Source: Candidatus Omnitrophota bacterium (GTDB lineage: Bacteria > Omnitrophota > Gorgyraeia > VGKH01). Taken from it: 53,083 bases of DNA. Below, piece after piece: positions 28,066-41,732 of this stretch. A program made the position numbers and the translations under genes. How positions within the stretch are numbered: position 1 is the first letter of the stretch; each line of letters begins with the position of its first letter. Under the pieces are notes generated by a model, which saw nothing but the letters and a program-made list of their open reading frames with translations, was not told the DNA's origin and did no database searches. The DNA is taken from assembly GCA_016867135.1 (NCBI GenBank), contig VGKH01000004.1, positions 1-53,083 of the forward strand, given 5' to 3'.

Positions 28066-29633
28066 AGTAGCGGCAGGTATTTCTTGATTTCATGCTGCGA
28101 AATCTGAATTCTGTATTCTTCCCATTCTTTTTTCTTATTAAATAAGAACCTGCTAAATATATGTTCTCCTAGCGCATCTTTTACGAACTTACTTTTCTCG
28201 GTCTCTAAAATAGCCTCAAAGAGGTTTCCGGGAAGGGGAGTAAGCTTGCGTCTTTCTCTTTCTTCCATCGCCATATGATAGATGTTCGGCTCGACCGGTT
28301 CCGGGATTTTGTATCTACTTTCTACGCCTTCAAGCCCGGCTGCTAGCATCACAGCAAAAGCTAAATATGGGTTGCAGGCAGGATCGGGGCAGCGTAGTTC
28401 TACTCTGGTAGCCTTTTCATTTCCCGGTCTATATACAGGAACCCTGATTAATGCTGTTCTGTTTTTTTGTGCCCAAGAGATATAAACCGGCGCTTCATAT
28501 CCGGCAACTAATCTTTTATAAGAGTTTACCCACTGCGCGACAAGAGAGGAGATTTCTCTGGCGTGCTTGAGCTGTCCGGCGATAAATTGTTTTGCAGTTG
28601 TCGAAAGATGATATTTATCTTTGGGATCAAAGAAAGCATTTTTATGTCCATGTCTGCCGGCGGCAGATCCGCCTCTGGCGGAAAACAGCGACTGATGTAC
28701 ATGCATGCCAGAACCGTTGACCCCAAAAAGCGGCTTAGGCATAAAAGTGGCATAAACACCGTGCTGCTGGGCTACTTCCTTGATAACGTATTTAGAGGTT
28801 ATGACGTTATCGGCGGCTGTTAAAGCATCAGTGTATTTAGGGTCGATTTCATGCTGGCTGGGCGCAACTTCATGGTGAGTTGCTTCCATGGTAATGCCCA
28901 TATCTTCTAAGATTCTTACGGTTTGATTCCTTAAAGTATTGGCGAGATCATTGGGGATCAATTCAAAATAGGATCCTTCGTCAATAATCTCAGGTTTTTT
29001 ATCGCCTTTAAAATAAAAATACTCAATTTCTGGGCCGACATTAAAAACAAACCCAAGTTTTTTAGCCCGGCTGATAGCGCGTTTCAACACATGCCTGGTG
29101 TCGCCATCGTAAGGGGATCGGTCAGGATTTAAGATATCACAGAACATCCTAGCTGTTGGATTGGTTTCTTTGGTCCAAGGTAGGATTTTAAAGGTAGTAG
29201 GATCAGGTTTAGCGATTATATCACTTTCCTCGGCTTCGGCAAAACCTGCGACTGAAGAGCCGTCAAATCCTTTTCCGTGAGCCAACGCTTCTTTTAGCTC
29301 GCCTTCGGTTATTGAGACGCATTTTAATATACCTAAGATATCCACAAACCAAAGCTGGATAGTTTTTATGCCATGTTTTTCAACGCTTGTCAAAACCTCT
29401 TTTGCGTCTTGAGTAATTTCTTCTTTTGGCTCTATAGTAGAAGGGGAGGTAGGTATTTTTATTCTTTTGGCCCTGGCCTTTTTATCTAATTTTATCAGGT
29501 CTTTAGGGATAATATACTGCCTTCCCGCTTTTTCAGCAGAGATGGCGCCATGTTTTATGCGGTCGATGACCGCTTGTCGGCTTATGCCCAGTATTTTAGC
29601 TGCCTCGGTGGGGCTTAAGTATTCTTTCTTCAT
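28062..29633 (-). CDS. glnA: Glutamine synthetase type I with N-terminal HTH_17/MerR-like domain
   Basis: GFDGSS, GPEIEY, HHEVAPSQHE, FMPKP, NGSGMHVH, NSYKRL and RVELRCPD; N-terminal YLSPTEAAKILGISRQAVIDRIKHG. Confidence 0.93.
   Translation of the reverse strand: MKKEYLSPTEAAKILGISRQAVIDRIKHGAISAEKAGRQYIIPKDLIKLDKKARAKRIKIPTSPSTIEPKEEITQDAKEVLTSVEKHGIKTIQLWFVDILGILKCVSITEGELKEALAHGKGFDGSSVAGFAEAEESDIIAKPDPTTFKILPWTKETNPTARMFCDILNPDRSPYDGDTRHVLKRAISRAKKLGFVFNVGPEIEYFYFKGDKKPEIIDEGSYFELIPNDLANTLRNQTVRILEDMGITMEATHHEVAPSQHEIDPKYTDALTAADNVITSKYVIKEVAQQHGVYATFMPKPLFGVNGSGMHVHQSLFSARGGSAAGRHGHKNAFFDPKDKYHLSTTAKQFIAGQLKHAREISSLVAQWVNSYKRLVAGYEAPVYISWAQKNRTALIRVPVYRPGNEKATRVELRCPDPACNPYLAFAVMLAAGLEGVESRYKIPEPVEPNIYHMAMEERERRKLTPLPGNLFEAILETEKSKFVKDALGEHIFSRFLFNKKKEWEEYRIQISQHEIKKYLPLL
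28653..28682. repeat. 30-bp tandem palindrome inserted in frame in glnA
   Basis: TCTGCCGGCGGCAGA+TCCGCCTCTGGCGGA encodes SARGGSAAGR on the minus strand. Confidence 0.75.
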
Positions 29634-29664
29634 TTTTTAACCTCGCTTTCGTTAAATCAATTAA

Positions 29665-29713
29665 TTACTTGTCAATTGTAAAGTATAACATTTACTTTAC
29701 AATTGTCAAGTAA
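29665..29713 (-). promoter_or_regulatory. glnA promoter embedded in a 21-bp-arm inverted repeat
   Basis: Arms match at 20 of 21 positions; minus strand reads TTGACA-16-TATACT with TG extension. Confidence 0.75.
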
Positions 29714-29785
29714 AATTTTAAAGTTTTTTATTGCAATTATTTTTAGTTATTATAGAATAGCTTTGTCTATTGAAGGCGAAAAACC

Positions 29786-30490
29786 ATGGCAAAGGCTTCC
29801 TATAAATCCTATATCGATGCGTTAAATAAGATTAGTAAGGCTATCACCTCAGATTTGTACTTAGAGGATATGCTTAAACTTATCGTCACTTTGACTGCCA
29901 ACGTGATGAAAGCCAAGATCTGCGCGCTATGGCTTTTGGATGAAGCCTCGCAGCAGTTAAAGATAAGGGCAACTCAGGCAATGAGCCAGGAATATCTTAA
30001 GGAAAGAAGTCTAAAGGTCGGTGAGGGAATTGTGGGTTTGGTTGCTAAGGAAAAAAAACCCGTAGTTATATTGGATGTTTTAAATGACTCCCGCTATAAA
30101 GAGAAGAAGCTTGCCCAAAAAGAAGGCTTGGTTTCCATGATTAGTGTTCCGATGGTAGAGAAAAACAGAGTCATTGGGGTAATAAATTGTTATACTACCG
30201 CCGCCTATAAATTTACCAAAGGCGATATTGACCTTTTGAGCGCGGTAGCCAATCAGGCAGCAGTAGCTATTGAGAATACAGAACTGATAGTCAAGACTAA
30301 GGTTATCCAGGAAGAATTGGAGACGCGCAAAAAGGTTGAGAAGGCTAAAGGCATTTTGATGAGAGAGCAGAATATCCTAGAAGATGACGCCTATAATTTA
30401 ATAAGGAGATCCAGCATGGATAAACGCGTGCCGATGAAAGAAATTGCCGAAGCAATCATCTTGTCTTATGAAATCAAGAAAGGCCGTTAG
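29786..30490 (+). CDS. GAF-ANTAR RNA-binding antiterminator
   Basis: GAF domain (SMISVPM, VIGVINCY, ANQAAVAIEN) plus ANTAR domain (RKKVEKAKGILM...EDDAYNLIRRSSM). Confidence 0.92.
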   Translation: MAKASYKSYIDALNKISKAITSDLYLEDMLKLIVTLTANVMKAKICALWLLDEASQQLKIRATQAMSQEYLKERSLKVGEGIVGLVAKEKKPVVILDVLNDSRYKEKKLAQKEGLVSMISVPMVEKNRVIGVINCYTTAAYKFTKGDIDLLSAVANQAAVAIENTELIVKTKVIQEELETRKKVEKAKGILMREQNILEDDAYNLIRRSSMDKRVPMKEIAEAIILSYEIKKGR

Positions 30491-30542
30491 ATATTAGTGC
30501 CCGCCGAATTTAACCAAGTTCCTCAAGCCACAATCCGGTAAT

Positions 30543-31415
30543 ATGAAAAGTTATAAAGACTGCATACCATGTTTTTACAAACAGGCCAGGGAATCGGCTA
30601 GGATTGCAGGCGCTAAGGAATCCCAGCAAAAAAAGATTAGGGATGAGCTTGCGGAAATCCTGAAGCGATATCCTATGGAAGAATGCCCGCCGTATATGGG
30701 AAGAATCCTTTATAAAATCGTCAGTAAGGTCACGGGTAAAAAAGATCCGTATGAGAAGATAAAAAGACAGAGTAATAAAATGGCGCTTAGCTTGTATCCA
30801 GAATTAAAAAGGAAGATACAGGATTCGCCTGACAGGCTTCTTACGGCAGTAATCCTGGCAATTGTTGGGAATATTATCGATTACGGAGCCAAACATTCAT
30901 TTGATATTGACAAAGAGATAAACGATCTTTGGAATCCGGATTTTGATATCCATAATGCCCATAAAAAAGCTCTTTTTGATTATGTTTCTTTTAAAAAAGC
31001 TTTAGCTAAGACCGATTCAATCCTATACCTTGCCGATAATGCCGGAGAGGTTGTTTTTGACAGGGTCCTTATAGAGGAAATGGATAAAAAAGTTACTTAT
31101 GTAGTTAGAGAAAATCCTATAATTAATGATGCTTTAAAAGAAGACGCCATTACTTGTGGCATAGGCAAGATTGCCAAAATCATTTCCAGCGGTTGCGATG
31201 GTCCGGGGGTGATGTTGAAATATTGTAATAAAAAATTTTTAAAGCTATTCAATTCAGCCAAGATGATTATATCTAAAGGACAAGGAAACTTTGAGGCCTT
31301 GAATAATGTTAAATCCCGCCCGATATTCTTCTTTTTCAGAGTCAAGTGCGATGTTGTAGGAAGGCGTCTGGGCTTTGAAATCGGCGATATGATTTTAAAA
31401 AGCAATATCCGTTAG
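30543..31415 (+). CDS. DUF89/ARMT1-like damage-control phosphatase
   Basis: DCIPC, GNIIDYG, DNAGE and KGQGNFE. Confidence 0.9.
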   Translation: MKSYKDCIPCFYKQARESARIAGAKESQQKKIRDELAEILKRYPMEECPPYMGRILYKIVSKVTGKKDPYEKIKRQSNKMALSLYPELKRKIQDSPDRLLTAVILAIVGNIIDYGAKHSFDIDKEINDLWNPDFDIHNAHKKALFDYVSFKKALAKTDSILYLADNAGEVVFDRVLIEEMDKKVTYVVRENPIINDALKEDAITCGIGKIAKIISSGCDGPGVMLKYCNKKFLKLFNSAKMIISKGQGNFEALNNVKSRPIFFFFRVKCDVVGRRLGFEIGDMILKSNIR

Positions 31416-31502
31416 CCGTAGCTCGCCGCCAATATTTCTAAAACTTTCTATTGAAATCAAAATGCCTTCGGTATACAATAAGCGTAAGAAAGGAGGTAAG
31501 GT

Positions 31503-32177
31503 ATGGATTGGAATTTAATCTTAGCCGAACCTATTAAAGAAATGCTGTCGCAGGCAGCAACTTTTGTTCCTAACCTGTTGGGAGCTTTGATTATTCTTCT
31601 TGTTGGCTGGATTTTTGCCAAGGTCTTAAAAGACCTTATGGGCAAGATACTGAGTGCGATAAGATTTGATGTTTTGGCCAGAAAGGCAGGCATTGCTGAG
31701 ATCTTGACGAAAGGCGGAGTGAGGCTTACTTTTAGCGAGATCTTGAGTGCTTTAGTCTATTGGTTAGTTATGGTCATAGTTTTGGTATTGGTGACAAACG
31801 TATTTGGTTTGACCATAGCCTCAAGGCTAATCGAGGGGGTAATTTCTTATATACCTCGGGTTATCGCGGCATTGTTTGTTCTGGTCATTGCTATGTTTTT
31901 GGGAACATTTGTTTCCGGTATCGTCCGCACCACTTCTTTGAATGCAAATCTGCCAAACCCTGAATTCTTGAGCGGGTTGGGATACTGGGCAATTGTAATT
32001 TTTGGAGCCACTATTGCAATAGGGCAATTAGGAATTGCAACTGTCTTAGTGAGTACAACTTTTAATATCTTCTTTGGCGCAGTTTGTCTTGCGCTTGCCT
32101 TGGCCTTTGGTTTGGGCGGAAGAGAAGCAGCGGGACGTTTTATAGATGAGATGGTGAAAAAATATTCACGTAGATAA
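31503..32177 (+). CDS. TM_helix repeat protein (CmpX/MscS-related)
   Basis: PNLLGALIILLVGW and YIPRVIAA repeats; LAFGLGGREAA. Confidence 0.82.
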   Translation: MDWNLILAEPIKEMLSQAATFVPNLLGALIILLVGWIFAKVLKDLMGKILSAIRFDVLARKAGIAEILTKGGVRLTFSEILSALVYWLVMVIVLVLVTNVFGLTIASRLIEGVISYIPRVIAALFVLVIAMFLGTFVSGIVRTTSLNANLPNPEFLSGLGYWAIVIFGATIAIGQLGIATVLVSTTFNIFFGAVCLALALAFGLGGREAAGRFIDEMVKKYSRR

Positions 32178-32188
32178 GATTGTTTTTA

Positions 32189-32230
32189 GGGGGGGGCGAT
32201 GAAATTTATTTCATCGCCCCCCCATTTTTT
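32189..32230 (+). terminator. Intrinsic terminator
   Basis: G-run-CGATGAAAT/ATTTCATCG-C-run stem plus T-run. Confidence 0.8.
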
Positions 32231-32428
32231 GTCTATTAGTGTCATAATGTTGTATCGCGATTTTTTTATAGCGCAATATATAGTATTCTTAATGCGTAGA
32301 ATTTGTCATTTTTTTTAAATATAAGTAAGTTTAAGTAAATTTGCGAAACCGGTCGATCTTTAATAATAAAAACATAATTCTTTTTTCAGTAACTCTTAAT
32401 TCAGCAGTTTTATGATATAATTAAAAAA

Positions 32429-33139
32429 ATGGGAACAAAAATGATATCAAAGAATAATAGATTGGGTTTTCTGGTGTTAGTTTTGTTTTTCTTTTTAACG
32501 TGGTTATTGGGTAAGCTATTGCCTGTCGATTGGCATTATTTTAAAGGTTTCTTGTCAAGGTTTCCGATTGTCTACTCCGGGTTAATATTTATTGTTTTGT
32601 ACGTTGCCGTTACCTTTTTCGTTTGGTTGGTTAAAGATGTTTTTAAGGTCATTGGCGCCGTTTTGTTTGGGCCCATATTTAGTAGTCTTCTTATTTTTGT
32701 TTCAGAGATAATAAACGCCAGTATTCTTTTTAATTTGAGTAGGGTTCTCGGCAGGGATTTTGTAAAGGACAAATTGAAAGGCAGTTTTGATAAATTAGAT
32801 AAGAACATTGTTCGTTTTGGTTTTTGGGGTATTTTTGTTTTGAGGATTGTCCCGCTTGTCCCTTACAGGTTTCTAGATATTGCGGCAGGGCTGACAAAAA
32901 TTAGTTTTTCACAGTATTTATTAGCTGTCATTTTGGGTTCTCCGGTAAGGATTTTCTGGTTGCAATTTATCCTTTCGGTTCTGGGAGAAGGCGTTTTTAA
33001 AGATCCCGGATTAATTACCGATTATTTTCTTCAGCATCCGGGAGTATTAATCTTTAGTTTCTTCTACGCGATAGCAAGTTTAGTCTTAGCGATATTTATA
33101 AGAAGAATATCCAATAATTCTAAGCTTGTCTCTGGGTGA
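32429..33139 (+). CDS. TVP38/VTT (DedA superfamily) membrane protein
   Basis: LSRVLGRDFV and LRIVPLVPY...AAGLTKISF. Confidence 0.85.
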   Translation: MGTKMISKNNRLGFLVLVLFFFLTWLLGKLLPVDWHYFKGFLSRFPIVYSGLIFIVLYVAVTFFVWLVKDVFKVIGAVLFGPIFSSLLIFVSEIINASILFNLSRVLGRDFVKDKLKGSFDKLDKNIVRFGFWGIFVLRIVPLVPYRFLDIAAGLTKISFSQYLLAVILGSPVRIFWLQFILSVLGEGVFKDPGLITDYFLQHPGVLIFSFFYAIASLVLAIFIRRISNNSKLVSG

Positions 33140-33255
33140 ATTAGCCAACGGCCTGGATTGAGCGCGTCATTACTATGATATTTTCATTTTGTGGTTGATA
33201 TTTTAGCGCTTTGTGATTTATAATAGTATTGATAAAAAAAGGAGGTGTAGGTCAA

Positions 33256-33426
33256 ATGTCAAAGATTCTAATTATAGTAGGAATTGTCTTGGTAGCTTAT
33301 GCAATTTTTTCTAGATTCTACGGCTTGCCTTCAGTTGCACTGATGCGTTTTAAATCGATAAGTTTTTTAGTTTTAGCAAATACTGCTTTCTTGCTTTCTT
33401 TGGTCCTGAAAGACAGCGGTAAGTAA
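33256..33426 (+). CDS. Small two-TM protein
   Basis: SD AAGGAGGT; MSKILIIVGIVLVAYAIFSRFYG. Confidence 0.6.
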   Translation: MSKILIIVGIVLVAYAIFSRFYGLPSVALMRFKSISFLVLANTAFLLSLVLKDSGK

Positions 33427-33473
33427 TCTTTATAAACGTAAATTCTGACTTTTTATAGGAAGATAAATTAATT

Positions 33474-34140
33474 ATGCTAGGCGTAATTATTTCTGGTTGT
33501 ATGGTTATTCTGCTTGCAATTCTAATGGAGGTTGCAGCTTCAGCATTGAGATTGACTGGGCTTGTTATACAAGCCGCGAGATTCCAGGCGCTTTCCGCTT
33601 TGACTGGTACTGGGTTTACAACGAAAGAAGCCGAGCTGATTATGACCAATAGACAGCGTCGCAGGATTGTAATGTTTCTTATGATTCTTGGCACCGTAGG
33701 GTTTATTACGATCCTTGGTTCAAGTTGTGTTTGTTTTTCAGTAGTCCATTATTGTTAGACAGCTATTGGTTATAATTTTGGTTTTTCTTGTAATTTTATT
33801 GATAACACGCAGCAAGAGATTGTTGGCGTTTTTTCATCGCAATATTGAAAGGCAGCTCAAAAAGAGAAGGTATCCTCGCAGGGTTGCTCTGGAACAGGCG
33901 CTGCAGTTAAATAAGGATTATGGGGTATGCGAGGTCAAGATTGATAAACGTTCCAGATACGTGGACAGACAATTATCCGATACAGATTTCAAGGAGAAGG
34001 GTTTTGTTGTCTTGGCTATGGGAAGATCCGGCTGCTTGATTACGGTTCCAAAGGGTTCTGATAGCCTTAAAGATGAAGACATAATTATAGTTTTCGGTAA
34101 TTTGCAGAGCCTGAAAGATATTACAAAGCACGCCGCCTAG
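33474..34140 (+). pseudogene. TrkA-C domain membrane protein split by a frameshift
   Basis: ARFQALSALTGTGFTTKEAE in one frame and TrkA-C (VPKGSDSLKDEDIIIVFG) in the next; break at about 33715-33745. Confidence 0.7.
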
Positions 34141-34208
34141 AGCAAATTCTGTTAATTCCGCTAAGTTAAAAGTCGTTGTAATTAAAGTAAATAAGCGCAA
34201 AAAAATAC

Positions 34209-34236
34209 TTGACAAAAAAGTTTTTGTTGTTATACT
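34209..34236 (+). promoter_or_regulatory. rrn promoter
   Basis: A-tract UP element, then TTGACA-16-TATACT with TG. Confidence 0.75.
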
Positions 34237-34376
34237 TAAGCAGAATCAAAATTTAAGGAAGTGGTCCATATTATAACTGTGAAAATGTTTTTGCAGTTTG
34301 ACAATACTGGATGATTCTTTAATAAAAGAGGATGAAGTTTAAAAGGCATCGTCTTGATGCCTTTTTTATTTTTGCA

Positions 34377-34459
34377 ACCACAGAAACACAGAAGAAACAG
34401 AGTCTCTGAAGGTTAAAATAGGTTCTTCTGTGAAATCTGTGAATTCTGTGATTCAGTGG
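34377..34459. repeat. CACAGA/TCTGTG imperfect palindromic repeat in the rrn leader
   Basis: CCACAGAAACACAGAAG...TTCTGTGAAATCTGTGAATTCTGTGATTCAGTGG. Confidence 0.5.
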
Positions 34460-34493
34460 TTCTGTTCTTTGTAAAGAAATCTATAGCCAAGTT

Positions 34494-36082
<1,589 letters not shown>

Positions 36083-36270
36083 TAATTTTTTTAACAAGAA
36101 AATTAGGAACAATGGAACAAATCCAAGTGACAAAGTAATAACGAGAGCTAATTTTAACTCTCGGAAATACTTGGCTATTTTTCTTTTTTTAGGGAGTTCA
36201 CTATTTTGCTCCCATTAATTATTTGGAGAGCTGAAGGGCTCCCATTCTTTGTATATCAAAACTAAGAGTT

Positions 36271-36343
36271 GGGCCCATAGCTCATCTGGCAGAGCACCGT
36301 GCTGATAACGCGGGGGTGAGTGGTTCGAGTCCACTTGGGCCCA
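36271..36343 (+). tRNA. tRNA-Ile(GAT), CCA not encoded
   Basis: GGGCCCA/TGGGCCC acceptor; CCGTG-CTGATAA-CGCGG anticodon arm. Confidence 0.95.
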
Positions 36344-36481
36344 TTTTTGCCGTAGTTTAAAACTCAGGCAAAAATGGCACTGAGTAGATTTAGTTCTGAT
36401 GAAATTGATGAAGTGCCTTTCAAAGGTCCTTCGGCCACTAGCCTCAGGACCAAAAATTTTTTCATTAATGAAAAAATTTTT

Positions 36482-36557
36482 GGGGCAGTAGCTCAGCTGG
36501 GAGAGCACCTGGTTTGCAACCAGGGGGTCGGCGGTTCAAACCCGCTCTGCTCCACCA
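36482..36557 (+). tRNA. tRNA-Ala(TGC)
   Basis: GGGGCAG acceptor with G3:U70; CCTGG-TTTGCAA-CCAGG; CCA end. Confidence 0.96.
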
Positions 36558-36603
36558 AAATTTAATACAAAAAATTTTAAATTAGAATTTATTCGCAGAA
36601 ATT

Positions 36604-36633
36604 TCCGCCTTTGGCGGATCAGCCTTTGGCTGA
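36604..36633. repeat. 15+15 tandem palindrome, same family as the glnA insert
   Basis: TCCGCCTTTGGCGGA+TCAGCCTTTGGCTGA. Confidence 0.7.
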
Positions 36634-36684
36634 TGCGATTGGTTCTTTGATAACTACATAGCGGAAAAAGACGGTTTTTTGTGT

Positions 36685-39667
<2,983 letters not shown>

Positions 39668-39721
39668 ACTTTAATTGTCTTTTATTCGCAATGTAGTTAT
39701 TGAAATTCTAGATGTAGATTT

Positions 39722-39835
39722 GGAGTGTCTATTCCGAGGAGGAAACACCCGTTCCCATTCCGAATACGGTAGTTAAGCTCCTCAGGGCCCATGGTACTGA
39801 TGTCGCGAGGCTTCGGGAGAGTCGGTCGATGCTCC
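39722..39835 (+). rRNA. rrf: 5S rRNA
   Basis: CACCCGTTCCCATTCCGAA, GTTAAG, GGTACTG and GGGAGAGT. Confidence 0.95.
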
Positions 39836-39844
39836 TTTAATTTG

Positions 39845-39886
39845 AGGCCGGCTTAAGACTAAATCTTAAGCCGGCCTTTTCTTTTT
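39845..39886 (+). terminator. rrn terminator
   Basis: AGGCCGGCTTAAGA/TCTTAAGCCGGCCT plus T-run. Confidence 0.85.
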
Positions 39887-40009
39887 AATGGGAAATTTTG
39901 TCACTTTAAAATAATTACCAAGCATTTCTTGACAATCTTAGTTTAGTATGTTAATATTTAATATAGCTAAGTAAATAGTTAGCCTTGTTAATTAAAAGGG
40001 GGAATTAAA

Positions 40010-40447
40010 ATGGATAGGGTAGGGCAGATTGTACAAGAAATTTCTATGCTCATGCCAAAGATGATAAGAAAAATGCACCGTGGTTACATTGCCTATAGTG
40101 ATATCCCGATTTCTCAATTGGCAATAATGTTGGCGGTAGCTGAACAAGGGACAACCCAAGCAACAAAATTGAGCAGGGAAATGAAGGTTTCAGCTCCTAG
40201 CATCACCGGGATTGTAGATAGGCTGGTAAGAACAAACTATATCAAGAGAATACCCGACAAAAAGGATCGGCGAGTAATTAATTTAATGCTTACAGAAAAA
40301 GGGCAGAAGGAAATTAATGTTCTCCGCGATAGGATGCGCAACAGATGGAAATCGATTTTATCAGAACTGGAACCTCAAGACAGGGAAATGTACCTATCGT
40401 TAATGAAAAAGATCTTGGTAATTTTGGAAAAAGAGAATGGCGGATAA
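40010..40447 (+). CDS. MarR family regulator
   Basis: VSAPSITGIVDRLV and DRRVINLMLTEKG. Confidence 0.92.
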   Translation: MDRVGQIVQEISMLMPKMIRKMHRGYIAYSDIPISQLAIMLAVAEQGTTQATKLSREMKVSAPSITGIVDRLVRTNYIKRIPDKKDRRVINLMLTEKGQKEINVLRDRMRNRWKSILSELEPQDREMYLSLMKKILVILEKENGG

Positions 40448-40466
40448 TCTATTTAAAAGGCAAGAA

Positions 40467-41732
40467 ATGAAGAAAGTTTTGATGATTTTAATTATAGGTA
40501 TTTTGATGTTTGCCAATTTTGCTATAGCAGAGGAAGCCATCCCTTTGTCTTTGGAAGAGGCGGTTGCCATTGCTTTAAGAGACAATCGCGATATCCTGCT
40601 TAGCACTGAAAGCGCCAGAAAAGCAAAGTTAAAGATTTCTGAAGCCAGGGCATCATTATTCCCATCGCTTACTTTTACTTCAAACCTTACTTCAACTAAT
40701 GGTTTATATTCGGATACCTCAAATCAAACTGCAAACCAAGCTACTTTAAAGCAATATCTTTACAAAGGCGGCAAGACCATCAATACCATAAAATACAATC
40801 AATACAATTTTGAAGTTTCGCAGGCGCTTTTAGATAAAACTAAGTTAGATACAATTTTCGATGTCATCAAAACATTTTATACGCTTTTATTAGCTGAAGA
40901 CTTCGCTAAAATCAACCAACAGATCCTTGAAAATACAAAAGAACATTTATCGGTTATAGAGGCGCGTTTTCAGAATGGCCAGGCATCAGAATCAGATATT
41001 TTAGCAATTAAGGAATCGCTAGCTAATATCGAACAAGTCTACGAGGCATCGCAAAACGCAGTTGAAACAGCTGAAGTATTATTAAAGAATTTGCTATATC
41101 TTGATAATGAGACGAAGGTACAATGCCAAGGGCAGTTTGCCTACGAGCCAAGGGAGGTCGCTATAGAAGATGCTTTGTTGACAGCAATGAAGATCAGGCC
41201 TGAAATAAGACAATATGAAGCCCAAGAGAAAGCTAGCAAGGCAGCTGTAGAAATGGCTAAAGCAGACAATAGGCCATCAATATACGCTTCCTGGGATTAT
41301 TACAGCCGTTCTCATGCAGCCGGAACAAATAACAAAAGCTGGAATGATTATAACATCATCGGCCTGACTGTATCTTGGCCGATTTTTGACGGCTGGGCGA
41401 CAAAATCCAAGGTTGAGCAAGCTATAGTAGATTTAAGGCAGACACAATTGACCAAAGAAAAAATCATCAAAGATATTGCCTTAGAAATAAAAACTGCTTA
41501 TATTGATTTAAAGGATTCTATTTCAAAGATTAGGGCAACCGAATCGGAATTCGCTGTTTATCAAGATAATTTATCGGTTATTGAAGAAAAGTATGAATCT
41601 GGCATTGCTAGTTCGTTGGATTTAGATGATGCGAGCCTAAAATACAGCTTAACCGAGTTTAACAAAAAACAGGCAATATACGATTATATAATTGCCAGAG
41701 AGACTTTAGACAAAGCCAAAGGAGAAATATAA
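40467..41732 (+). CDS. TolC family outer membrane efflux protein
   Basis: Signal peptide; LSLEEAVAIAL and VSWPIFDG. Confidence 0.9.
   Translation: MKKVLMILIIGILMFANFAIAEEAIPLSLEEAVAIALRDNRDILLSTESARKAKLKISEARASLFPSLTFTSNLTSTNGLYSDTSNQTANQATLKQYLYKGGKTINTIKYNQYNFEVSQALLDKTKLDTIFDVIKTFYTLLLAEDFAKINQQILENTKEHLSVIEARFQNGQASESDILAIKESLANIEQVYEASQNAVETAEVLLKNLLYLDNETKVQCQGQFAYEPREVAIEDALLTAMKIRPEIRQYEAQEKASKAAVEMAKADNRPSIYASWDYYSRSHAAGTNNKSWNDYNIIGLTVSWPIFDGWATKSKVEQAIVDLRQTQLTKEKIIKDIALEIKTAYIDLKDSISKIRATESEFAVYQDNLSVIEEKYESGIASSLDLDDASLKYSLTEFNKKQAIYDYIIARETLDKAKGEI

Noticed and set aside
39940-39995. MarR operator palindromes
   Set aside because: Only weak imperfect symmetry (TAGTTAGC/GTTAATTA) in AT-rich DNA; plausible but not supportable.
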